From positions 89,218,001 through 89,282,000 of the forward strand of contig NC_042997.1 of assembly GCF_006345805.1 (NCBI RefSeq): a DNA stretch of 64,000 nt. The letters are read 5' to 3'. Position numbers and translations under genes: made by a program. This DNA comes from Octopus sinensis (lineage: Eukaryota). Position 1 is the first letter of the stretch. The number at the start of each line of letters is the position of its first letter. The notes beneath the pieces were generated by a model that had not been told where the DNA came from, made no database searches, and saw only the letters and a list, made by a program, of their open reading frames with translations. Shown here piece by piece: positions 1 to 13,200 of this stretch.

Positions 1-3000
1 TCTAGTTTAGAGGAAATTTTCAGTTCATTAAGAATCTATTTTCATACATCATTCAGTACAGTCACACTTACATAAGTAAAAACCTCTATTTATTAAGTAG
101 GTTCATATTGTCTATTCTTCAGAGACTGTCACTGTCTTTAAGAATGATCAGATTTTCCTCTTAAGCATGACAATCAAATTAATTTAATGAAATTATCTCA
201 CCTCTTCTAACAAAACAAGCAGGTTTTTGTTTCCTTTCTTCAACTAAATGTAAAATTGCATTTTACTAAAAATGTTTGAGTGTATTTCATTCAGCAAATT
301 CATTCAAATCCCATATTTCCATAAAAGAAGCAGATCAATGGTGCTAATTAAGTAAAATCAGTGAATTGATTATGTAGTTGTACTTGTTTAGCAAATCACT
401 TGATCTGATATCAGATGTTTAAACAAAAACTAACTGTGGAACAATCATACTACCCATTTAAAACTATTTATGGTTATATTCATTTTTGGTCTTTTTTTGT
501 GATAATCTTTGGTATATTTTGTTATCATAATGTACTATAAAGCGTCATAAATTAGTCGCTAAAGCAATTCCATTGCATGTTTTATTGTATTAAATCATTA
601 TAACAATAGATATGCTACTGGTAAACTTCTTACAAGAGAGTGTTACATTTGATAAAGTAATTATCTAGAAAAGATAAACAACAGACTATGGCTATGTAGT
701 TAAGTTCAATTAGAAACCACATGGTTCCAGATTTGATCCTACTGAGCAGCACTTTGGGGAGGTTAAGCAGTCTTGAGAATTATATTTTAGTAGAAGAGTA
801 ACTGTGAAGAATGCATATACAAAAATCATCAGATGTACATACACACTTTATTTTTTAATCAACAAAGCTACCAATGGTTTCATGTGGAAAGGGTATCAAC
901 AATTCTTCAAGCTGTCCTTTAAAAACACTGATAATTGTCTCCATTCAAAAATGGAGACGATTACCAGTATTTTTAAATAGATTGCTTGAAGAAATGTGGA
1001 TACCTTTTCCACATGAAACTATTGGTAGCTTTGTTAATTCACAAATAACGAATGCACCAAATGCAGTGTTGAATACTGATTATTATTGTTCAATAACATT
1101 GCGTGTTTGAGTGAGTATGTGTGTCTGTACACACACTGGCATGGGATGGTCAATCAAAATCAGCATGTGGCATTTAGTCACATTATGCCAAGGTTGATTT
1201 TACCTTTCATCTCTTACATCATCAATAAAATAAGTGTCAAATAAAGTACTAGGTTTAATACAAGCAGTTAAAACTCTAGGAGGTGAAACCAGAGCATGAA
1301 TCAATAAAAGAAAAAGTTGATATTTACAATAGCAACGAGATATAAATGAAATTAGAAAACTGATAAAAGATGGCATAAATTCTTGTAAAAGAGAGACTAA
1401 ATAAAAAGCCTTTGACAAAGAAATTATAGCTTCACAAAAGAATGTGCTATGAATGGGAATATTATAATGTAGAGAAGTTCTTGTTTTGCAGCTACTGATA
1501 ATTCAAATAATTCTTTCACATTAATATTCACAAAAACCTTTTAGTGTCAGCTGTTGCAGATATGTTACTGTCAGGTTTGCAGAGAGATCTCATTTGATGA
1601 TAGACTGCTATCATTATCACAGAAACACTATTTGATGACACTGGCAATCCACTAGGAACATTGCACAGCCTAAAGCCATTGAATTTGAGCTTGAATTATA
1701 GTTCAAATTCTTGTCATACCTGGATACCTGGCTACTGTCTTTCATCTTCAGTAAGGAGAGGGAGAGATTGTAGCAAAAAATATACCTGATCAGTTGTCAG
1801 CAGAATTACAACAGCTTTTAAGGTATTGCAAGGAAAGAGAAATATATGGAAGATTTGTAGCGCCTGAGTGTCTTGAAGATGAAAAATATTGATTTCTGAC
1901 ATAGGTACAAAATATAACTTTGATGTATAGAGATTTTCAGTGACAGCTGTGTACTTCCTCTAAATCTGAGTTTTAAGATAATGTCCCTTTACAGTAAGCT
2001 AAATATATTGTAATGAGGTATAAGAACACTGAAAGGAACAATAAGAGAAGAATTTAAATTCATATTCAGCATGTGAAATAGCAGCTGTAGACAATATTAA
2101 GACAATATAATGTATTAGATGCCAAGGAATAATGGAAGGAGAGACAATATGATGGTAATTGTGAATTAAAAATTGACTAGTTCACACATCTATTACCTTC
2201 ATTTTTCTGGGTTTAAACTTGACTTAAAAAATAGCCACTTAATTGATAATAATGATGATAATAATAATGATCATGATGATATCAGTGTTTATTCACTGCA
2301 TTAATTACCTTCAGCTGCCAGTGAAAATAAGTGACTAAGAGAAACAAGAGTAGTAAATGCATAATTGAGCCAATGTCCTTGCAACTTGAAAAAGCATTTT
2401 GATTTTTGATGACTGACTCCAAAATCAAGTTCATATAAAGTGAAAATAGTTATAAAATAAATGGTTTCTAATGTAACTTCACTAAACTAATCCCAGCATA
2501 AATGATTTCAGATTCCCTTCAAGGAAAGACACATAAATGCTAGGGCCTTTTACATTTTTAACAGTTATATATAGTAAAAACAACCAATGAAGGAAAAAAA
2601 TTGGATCAGAACAGAGATATTTCTGGTAGTGAGAAATGAAATAATCTACTAAAAACAAAGAAAAGTGGTTTCATGTGAATAATTCAATTTAAGGAGACAA
2701 AACTTTTACTTAAATCCTGATTCCTGACAAATATATATGTATGAAAAGAAGCTAAAATACGAAGAAAATAAAAAAAAAAAACTCTGGTCAGATTACATTT
2801 CAAATAGAGAGGAATAACTGAACCATATCCACACCAATTTTTAGAGCAAGAGACACTACTTAAAATCTAACAAAATGACTACCTGCTATAAAGTATCTCA
2901 CATGATACTGTTTTGAACAATGCAAACTTTTTTCTTCAAATATCTGAGTCACAATTTATATTGTGCTTGGGGGCTATAAGAATAAAATCAAATGTATCTA

Positions 3001-4191
3001 TTAAAGAGATTACACACACACACACACACACACACTATGTATGCTTGCATATGAAGGAGTTAGCCCACCATAAACCATAAAATATATCTGCTTTGAAAAT
3101 TCAACCATAATCTTGGATTTCCTCTTTAGTTGAGAATTTTAAATTAACAAGAATTACATATGAATCTGAAAATATTGATCAGTGTGTGTATGTGTGCGTG
3201 CGCACGCACAATACACAACAACTGATATATGAGAAATAAATTATTAAAAGGCTATCATCACTTTACTCCAATTTTAGCTAATTTCACTTTAACCATGATA
3301 GCTTAGGAATGGGAAACTAACCATGTGTGTATATGTAATGTCAACATCCAAATATTTAAATGAGGCAGTAATAGAAGAATATGGAATGGGCAAGGAGTAC
3401 TTGCCTCCCTTGGTTATCACAATTTTTCACCCACTTATTCTGTATATATATAAATGAGAGCACACAGAATTAGATGAGCTAGGAGGAAGTGGTGGCTGGA
3501 TTAACAATTGTGCTTCATCCTCCGACTGCAAATGCTTTCATTTTAAGTTCCATGTAAAAGTCCAGAGTTATAATGAAGTTTATCAAAAACAAACATCTGT
3601 CCCTCTTCAGTCAGCGGAAGGCTAGCTACACAACATCAACACATTTCTAATTGAAGTGATGCAGTGTAAATGTAAATGCAATAAAAAAATAACATATAAG
3701 ATACAGTGTAATTAGTTGCTGGATTTTGAGATAACAAACAGTTCTATGCAAACAATTGACAACTATAGTGCAAGATACTGGAAAGTGTAAAGAGATTTTT
3801 TTTAAAGATGACATGTAGGAAGTTCCTCAAAAGTAGACCCCCCCCCACCCACAAAAATAAGAAAAACATTGAGGACGCCATATAGTTCAATCACACTTCA
3901 AACAACTATGGCTAAGACAGACAGAAATGGGTAGTGTTTTTGTGGAAGATCAGATTGATAGTTGAGTGCAGTAATGGAAAAATGACCAAGTCATTGACTC
4001 AATATTACTTTTCTTCAAATGACATTCAAGTTAAAGTTGGTGGTGGGTGAAAGAAAGAGAATGTGTGTGGGTGTGAAAGAGAGAGGGAGAGAGAAACAAT
4101 TGGCTACAAGCATTAAAATTGAAAACAACAGAGTAATCTTAAGTGCATTGATAGCATAAATTAACAAACATCTGTAAACAAAGGACTAGTA

Positions 4192-4269
4192 TCAGAGGTC
4201 TAATCCTGACACATTTCCTACAGGGACAGCTGATTCAAGCCTCAACTTTCCTCTTGATTTGATGGATTC
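4192..4269 (-). CDS. DGCR8: DGCR8 terminal coding exon
   Basis: ttgcag|[28 protein letters not shown]; phase 0 matches exon 15. Confidence 0.85.
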   Translation of the reverse strand, partial: ESIKSRGKLRLESAVPVGNVSGLDL

Positions 4270-7200
4270 CTGCAAAAAGTAAAAATATAATTAAATTTCA
4301 TTACACAAAATTATGCAAATTCTTTTATTTTTAGAATTAACGAAATCATTTTTAGTAATGTATGTAATGTATTCAGGTTTTTAAACAACAAAAAGTTGTT
4401 CTGAATGGTTTAGACAACTATCGATTGTTACATCATATTTGCAGACGTCTGCGACACAGATTTTCTGCTCAAATAACAAAACACTCATCTTGCATGTTTT
4501 TGTTATTGAATTTTAACAGGCCCACATAAAGTTTCATTTAACTACAACTTACAGTTATAGTATATAACAGAAAAGTTATTATACAACTGGAATGATACTC
4601 TTGAATATTATACAAGATAGTTACAATATATTTCATGCCAACGGCTCCAAACAGATCCAAAAGTAGCCACTCATATAACTAGAAGAATTCTATTAAATAG
4701 CTATTAGTTACCAATAAAGGTCAAGCATAATTAACCATATAATATATGGATGTCAATGAGTCTTTTGTAGTTGTAGTAAGTTAACAGCAATATAATAAAC
4801 ATCTATGCACCAATTAAACATAAATCCACAGCAGTTGCCAACTATCAATGTACCAACCAAAATCAAAACTGTACTACAAAACTGCCTCACAAACAAAATT
4901 CATTTTAATACAGATATATACAGACATGTAGATACACAAATGTATGTAGATCCATGTGTGTGCACGTATACACACACACTAAAAGTTGGTAGATCCAACA
5001 GTATTGTGGCTGAGATATATTAGTGAAGTCTATGATATGGGAATGTCGTGGGGGAGTGGTGATATCGGAATGTTGTGGGGAAGTGAAAAAGCTGAATAAG
5101 TTGCAGAGATCAACATTTTGAACATACAATACAAATGGTAATAATGGTAACAATACTAAGAAACTAAGTATTAGTGATAGTGGTGGGAGTAGAAAATTGT
5201 TACTTTGTAAGGAATATAAACAAAAATTAGGAATAATATAGATTATCTTCAAAAAGGAACATGCCCCACTCTTCTTAAGTCCACAGGTTCCTTCCACTAT
5301 TAGAGATCAGCACTTCTTTATGCAGCTGTTTTTGTCCATATGCATCATAAGACAATACCAACGCAGTCTTCTCTCCTGCACACTATATCTGATGTCTCTT
5401 GCACATCCAGCAGAGAATGCTAACTTCATTTCTTTTAAGCATTTGCATATCCTCTGCAGCCACAGGCATCAATCTGCCCTTACTCTAAAGAAGAGACCCT
5501 TTGTTACCAACATCATCATCATCATTAACAACATCATCGTTTAATGTCTGCTTTCTAAGCTGGCATGGGTTGGACGGTTTGACTGAGGACTGGCAAGCCA
5601 GAAAGTTGTACCAGACTCCAATCTGATCTGGCAAGGTTTCTACAGCTGGATGCCCTTCCTAATGTCAACCATTCTGAAAGTGTAGTGGGTGCTTTTTACA
5701 TGCTACCGGCATGACAGCCAGTCAGGTGGTACTGGCACTGACCATGCTTGAATGGTGCTTTTTACATGCCACCAGCACAGGAGCCAGTCAAGCAGCACTG
5801 GCAATGACCGCACTCAAATGATGCTTTTTATGTGCCACTTAGGCGGTACTGGCATCGGCCATGACAATGACTCAACAGGTCTTTGCAAGCACAGTTTATT
5901 GCCCAATGATTGAAGTGTACTTTTACATGGCTGGTTATGCTACACTGGCATAGGCCACAGTTATCTCCAAAGGTCTCATTCACTCGTCATCGCCTCCATG
6001 AGGCCCAATATTTGAAAGTCGTGCTTCACCACCTCATCCCAGGTATTCCTCTTCCAGAGGTTCCCACTACTGCTAGGATTTGACACTTTTTCACACAGCT
6101 GTCCTCATCCATACACAACATATGACCATACCAGCACAGTCGTCTCTCTAGCACACCTCATCTGATGCTTCTTATGTCCAACTTTTCTCTCAGGGTACTT
6201 ACACTCTGTCATGTATGCACACTGACATTAATCATCCAGCAGAACATACTAGCTTCATTTCTTGCAAGCTTACACATGTCCTCAGCAGACACAGCCCATG
6301 TTTCACTGCCATGTAGCTAAGCTGTTCACATACATGCATTATACAGTCTACCTTTGTCACCAGCAGAGAGGCCCTTTATCACCAGCAAAGGTAGGAGCTC
6401 TCTGAACTTTGCCCAGGCTATTCTTATTCTAGCAGCTACACTCTCAGAGCATCTACCCCCACTACTGACTTAGTCACCTAGGTAACAGAAGCTATCAACT
6501 ACTTCTAGTTTTTCCCCGACATGTGATGGAAGCTGGGAAGCTGTTTTCTGCACATTTTCAGTGATTATTGCCTCTGAGCATTTGCCACACAAACTATCTT
6601 CCCAGTTAGCCTTCCTTTGAAATTGCTGCACCTTTTATGTGTCCATAGTTTACACCAGGTACATCTTATGGAGTTTCTACTGACACCTTTTCTACAGATT
6701 GAGCAGGGCCATCTATCTGAAGGGATTTGTGATTTTTATGCCTTCCTACTTTTTAAGACTTTGGTTTTTGCAAGATTGACTCTAGACCTTGCTTCCACAC
6801 CTGAAATTTTCCTCAAGTTCTGATAGTGACTCAGCTATTAGAGCAAGGTCATCAGCATACAGAAGCTCCCCAGAGGCATCCTGTTTTGAATTCCTCCATT
6901 ATTGCCTGGAGGACTATGATGAATAAGAGGGGACTGAGGATCCTTGTTGGACCCCTACCCGAAATTCTTCACTATACTCATTGCCAACCCTCACTTTCCT
7001 GACAGCATCCCTGTACATGGCTTGTACAGCTCTCACTAACCACTCATTTATCCCTAGTTTCCACATTGACCACCTGATAAGGAATCAGGGGAGACCCTTT
7101 CAAAGGCTTTCTCCATGTCAACCAGCACCAGGTACAGAGGTTTATCTTTGGCTAGATATTTCTCCTGCAGCTGTCTTACCAGAAATATAGCATCAGTGGT

Positions 7201-10200
7201 ACTTCTCCCTGGCACAAACCCACACTGCCTCTCATCTAAACTAACTCTCTCCCTAATTAGTTGGGCTATGACCCTCTCCATGACTTTCTTTACCTGATCC
7301 AACAATTTGATACCTTTGTAATTATTCGTATCTAATGCATCACCTTTACTTTTTTAGTAGTTGACTATGGTGCTGCTACACCAGTCATTGGGTATGACTC
7401 CTTCATGTATCATCTGATTGACTATACAGGTGACTAGACTATAGCTGACACTGCCAGATATTTTAAGCATCTCTGCAGTGATTCCTGATGGGCCGGGGGA
7501 TTTCCCTGTCTTCATATCCTTAATTACTTTATCTACCAAGGTACTGTCAATTCGGATAGCTGGGCCCTCAGTTGGGTCAACATTCGGCACACTCTCTTTC
7601 TCCCATTCTTTCTCTTCATTTAGCAACCTTTCATAGTGGTGTCTCCAAGTCTCTCTCTTTGCAGTCTTATTAAATGCAAGTGAGCCATCATCCATGCAGA
7701 CATTCTCTCCTATGACATCATGATTCTCTCTCACACACTGTCTTGCAACATGAAACATTGACAAGTTTTAGTGCATCTGAGCACTATACACAATAATTTC
7801 ATTATTATAACTGGGACATATTTCATTAACCCTGAAAGGATGAAAGGCAAAGTTGACCTCAGCAGAATTTGAACTCAGACATAAAGATAGACAAAATGTC
7901 ACTAAGCATTTTGTCCTGCGGACTAACAATTCCGCCAGCTCACTGCCTTATCAATGTATGTAATAATAAAAATGTCATTAGACTATATATAGTAATGAGT
8001 CTAAAATTTAAAAAATCAATTACATCAAAGAACCAGATATTTCCAGAATTGCAAAATACTGACCCTCTGTAATTTAATCTTGCGCATTTCTTCTCTGAGT
8101 TTCTCTAACACTGCTGTATTGGGTTTGTTGGACTTGGCCTGAGACTGTAATTCAGTAATGCTCTGCTCTTCTTCCTGAAAGAGAATAATGCAGAAAAAAA
8201 TCCTTTAGTAAACTAAAGTGCTGACAGAAATGAAATAATAAATACAAGACAACTCAAACTTCTGACAGTTTATTATCCCAGGGAGGAATCCTAAATGGGA
8301 GTCTATACAATATCAAAACAAGACATCTATGGAAATTCTTTATAATTTTCTTATAATTCATTTTGCCGAGTTTGATTTTTTAAAAATTAAATTATAGATA
8401 TAATTTGAAAAATATAATTTTCATAAGTAACAAGAGTCTGATAATGAAATAAATACTTTGTATATGTTGTCTCTGTAATTTCTTTTACTAATAAATCTGA
8501 AAGAATTTTATTAATTAGAATATGTAATAAAATCGATTATAGTAAATGGCATACAGCTGAATGTTGTTTCCAACATCAATTGTTTAAGTTTGATATGAGA
8601 AGAGTGAAAATATTATCATAAATGTAAGATGGGATAAGTGATCATGAAATACCATTGGAATGGTTGGGACTAAGACATATTATTGAGTCAATCAAAACCA
8701 TGTGAGTGAATCTGATAAACATAAATTGAAAGAAGTGGTGTGTGTGTGTGTGTGAGAGAGATTTCCAGTCTTCCATGAAAACATGCCCAAAAGACAAGGG
8801 GAGTTATTACCTTACTTGGAAACATTTGAAGGTTGATGACAGGAAGGGCATCTAGCCATAGAAAATTTATCTCAACAAATTATGCTTGACCCAAGCAAAC
8901 ACAGAAAAATGGATGTTAAATGAACGGGGATGATGACATTCCAATTTAGATCCTTTTAATTTACTAGCTCAGCCAAAGGTAACTTGTTCCAGAGATCAAT
9001 TTGATAACTAACAATGTACTCATGCTAAAACATAAACATTATATACCATCCAATTTTAGATATATGCAGTTGCTTATAAAAAAAATAAAATTTGCATGGC
9101 AAGCTTTTTTTATTTAAAGTTTCTTTTTTTCTTCTAATCCTCAATACTTGTTTATTTATTAGTCCTGCTGATAAATGAATGAGTGTTTACAATAAGGAAT
9201 AAAAGTGGTAGAAAAAATAGCACTGGTTCAGACTACCTAGTTGTCTAATTTTCTAAATAATTATAGTAAAAAGTTTTTTCTAGTTACTGATATCTTAATT
9301 TATTTTATATTCTTAACTTATTAATTATTGCCATTGAATAATTATTATATAAAAATAGATGTTCAAGTTAACTCTTCCTCTATTATTTGAAGTAGTCTAT
9401 ATTCAGTAACAGAAATGTTTAATTATTTATGGTAAGATCTAATAATGCTAATGACCTATTTATAACATGCTATTTGTTGAGGGCAAACGGATGTAAATAG
9501 TTCAACTGACAGGAATTATGAGGCTGTTGGAGTTGATGCCAACAAAGTATGGCTTGTCTAGAAATGATTTCTTTCGTATGACAAAAAAATATAAGACAAT
9601 GAAGAAAATGTATTTAATGGAATAATACATAAAACTTGAAACATCAAGAAGGAAAAATATCTTACTTTCTTTTCACGGATTATTTTGAATGAAATTCGAC
9701 CATACAGCCGTAATAAAGAACCCCAACTGGTAATATGTGGATGGAGACGCTGGAAAAATATTTTAAAAATTTAGTATTCTTCTTTGTGATTAAATAAGCA
9801 TAAAATAACAAGTACATAGTACAAATAATTGTATTATAGTTTCCAAAGTCAACTGAATATATGAGGACTTGAGTTTTACTATACACATAAAGCTACTCGC
9901 TCAAAAAACACTAAAATATTAACCCATTAGCATTTAAACTGGCCATATCCGGCCAAAATATTCTGTCTGTTTATGTTCAAACTGACTTTTCACACCAACC
10001 CAACAATATCATTCTAAAAATTAATAGTTCCCTTATCAAAATCTGATAGCTACAAGATAATTCATAATTCAAAACAATGTGAATAAAAAAGCATTACTTT
10101 TGATAAGATAATGTGAATGCTGAAGGGTTAATCCTTTTTTAAGAGGTATAAGTAAGAGTTGAAAATGTATTATAGAGATGTAGAAGTATTTATTTTGTAT

Positions 10201-13200
10201 TGGAAATTTATACAATGAACATGTTCATAAAAAAGTTTATGAATTATCTTATATATAAAGTTGTATCAAATTTCCTTAATGAAATAAACACAAACAATTT
10301 TTATCCTTCAGAAAAAGGAAAATTAAGTCTAATTTCTAAATAAATTGTCAACACCGTAAAACGTACCTGCAATATAGCCTGTGCAGCTTGTTGTTTTCCT
10401 TCTCTTTTATTTTTACACACAACCTGAAAGTAAAAATATACCAGGTAGTTAAATTACTGGGAAATTTAAAGAGTTAAACAAAACAAAAGGAGACCCAATA
10501 AGATTTTATGTACAATGAATCGATCATATTTCTACCATGTGCAAAATATTTTAATATTTTATACAGTTCCTAATAATATTTAGTTATAAAAATACAATAG
10601 GATTTTTTTTATATACAACAAATGGCTATGGAGGTCCAGTAGAGTGAAAAAAGTATCAAAGGGGTCCATAAGTACAAAATGGTTGAGAACGATTGATTTA
10701 GAGCATTTACCAAAAATAACCTTTAATTATAGAAGACAAAAATTGAAATTGTATGTGGAAAAGTTAGAGGGACAATAAATTGTACTAGAGAACAACTTTA
10801 AGCAAAACTGATAAATAGTAACATGAGGAAAGTCAAGATTATATTTCAATTATTATAAAAATTTCATCAAAGGTTCCTAATAATTTTTATCATTTATCCG
10901 TTACTTGTTTCAGTCACTGGAATGCAGGCATGCTGGGGCACCATTTTAAAGGATTTAGTTGAACAGATCAACCCCAGTACTTATTTTTAAGTTTGGTACT
11001 TATTCTATCAGTCTCTTTTGTCAAACCACTAAATTACAGGGATGTAAACAAACCAACACCAGTTGACAAGTGGTGATGAGGGGATAAAAGAACTTACTGA
11101 TGCTTTATGCTTCCCAACAGTCATAGTAAATTCACTCTTTTGGTGCTTGAGAGTCTTCATTTCCATTTGACACTGAGTGTCTCCCATACCATAATTCCTA
11201 CAAAAAAAATTCAAAAAATTATATTTAAATCAAAGAGTTTAATCACCCAAAGTTTAGGAGTAAATTTTGTGTTTAAAAGCTATCTTACTTTTTACTCATA
11301 ATCTTTGGTGCAATCAATCTCAAAAACAGGGAAAGGATTATTGTTGTGGATCTGTTCAATTTGGATCACAGATTTTTTTATTAATTTTTTTTAACTAAAC
11401 AGTTTTAAACTTTGAATACTGGTGGAATTTCTTGCCCAGAACAAGGTTTACTTTGCACATTTTTGACAAAATTTCATATTTTAGAAGTTATTTCATGTTA
11501 AAGTTGTCATATTTGGGTAATTTTAGCCAATCAATGATGTGTATTCAGTTGAAGAAAGCTACTGTTGTTTGCAATAGTAATCAAAGAGGAACAGCTTCCA
11601 GGTCATCTCTACTAAATGTCACTACTCTGTTCTATTTGTATGTCAAGTGAAGAAGGTGCCACCTTTATCCTTTCTAGTCAGGACCCTGCATTCCTTACTC
11701 TTTCCCTCCCTACAGGTAGACAGCCACATCTACACTATCAACTAGCAACCAAACTGTCACTGCCACTACAATTACCATATTTTCCTGTGTATAAACTGCT
11801 ATTTTTTACTTGGGAAATTTAGTGAGGCTTATAGAAAAGTGCGCTTAATATGTGTACTTTTTTTATAAGTTTCAGGAGGAAAATAATTTGTGTATGGAGA
11901 TTGACCGATTCCACTGATTTTTTTCAGAGGAAAGATCGGTTGGTGAACAATGTGAAAGACTATAGCAACAGTACATTGGTGCCTGGAAGAAAACAAAGCA
12001 TACTTGTTTTACCTTCATATTTTGATAATGTTATTTTTAATCTAATAAAGACTTTTATAATGACAAAATGTGTTTGTTGTTGATTATAGTAAGATAAAAT
12101 TATAACAATAACAATACATCTCATAGTTAAAAAAGCATGTAATATGCAACCCAGGCAGTAAACAAAAAATAAAATAGAACAGAGTGGTGACATTTAGTTG
12201 AGATGACCAGGAAGCTTTTCCTCTTCGATTACTATCACAAACAGCAGTAGCTTTCTTCAACTGAATACACATCATTGATTGGCTAAAATTACCCAAATAC
12301 AACAACTTCAACACAAAATAACTTCTAAAATACGAAATTTTGTCAAAAATGTTCAAAGTAAACTGTGTTCTGGGTGAGAAATTCCAAAGTTTGAAATTGT
12401 TTAGTTAAAAAAAAATTAATTAAAAAAATCTGTGCCAAACTGAACAGATCCATTGTTGTAGTCATTTAGCCCCAAGTTGACCCTGATTAAGCAGACATAT
12501 GAGCAAAAGCATGCCAGCATTAATCATCCCATCTTTAAGACACCATGTATCTAATACTACAATATCCAACATAGTCTTAAATATCATCTTAGACAGCAGT
12601 CTGTGATCGAAGGAAAATTTGTGTTATTCCTGGCAGGTCAATTAGACATGTAGAGGCTCAGAGGCTCTTTTTTTGGCTCAGGAAAGAGTACATTGTATAT
12701 GTGCATGGTGACTGAATGGCAATGTGGAGTGGCACAAAATTTTGGTGAGTGAATAAATCACTAAAACTTGAAGAGTTATACTGAGAGAATTAATTTACTC
12801 ATGCTCAAACAAATCAGAGTATGAGTTACATTAAAAAACAAACAAAATATCGCTTACAGAAACTTATAGAAAAATTAGATTTAAAATTACATATTCCAAA
12901 CAGGCAAGGAGATCTGAGTAAGATCTAATAATGCTAATGACCTATATTCTTTTACTATCTTAAAAGCCACATTCCATGCGGACTTTTAAGCTAGCTCCTG
13001 TTACAGTAGGAAAATTTATTGGATAAAAAATAAGAAAAACAAAACACAATGATGCCATTCATAAAATCCAATTTGTACACAATTGCCCTAAATGTTATCA
13101 TTCTTACTTTATATCAATCCAGGCAACTTGCATATATATCAGATTTATAGAAAAGCACTGGAAACTGTTGAATTTATATGCAATATAATTAGGGAGATTG

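Noticed and set aside
874-4100. Short ORFs and possible exons downstream of the DGCR8 stop, and an 11-bp hairpin at 1681-1710
   Set aside because: No recognisable protein similarity or consistent splice chain; probably 3' UTR or intergenic. The hairpin is too short to be meaningful in AT-rich DNA.
4905-5297. 130-aa minus-strand ORF
   Set aside because: Low-complexity and hydrophobic, adjacent to RTE debris; no domain recognised; likely a spurious frame of decayed repeat.
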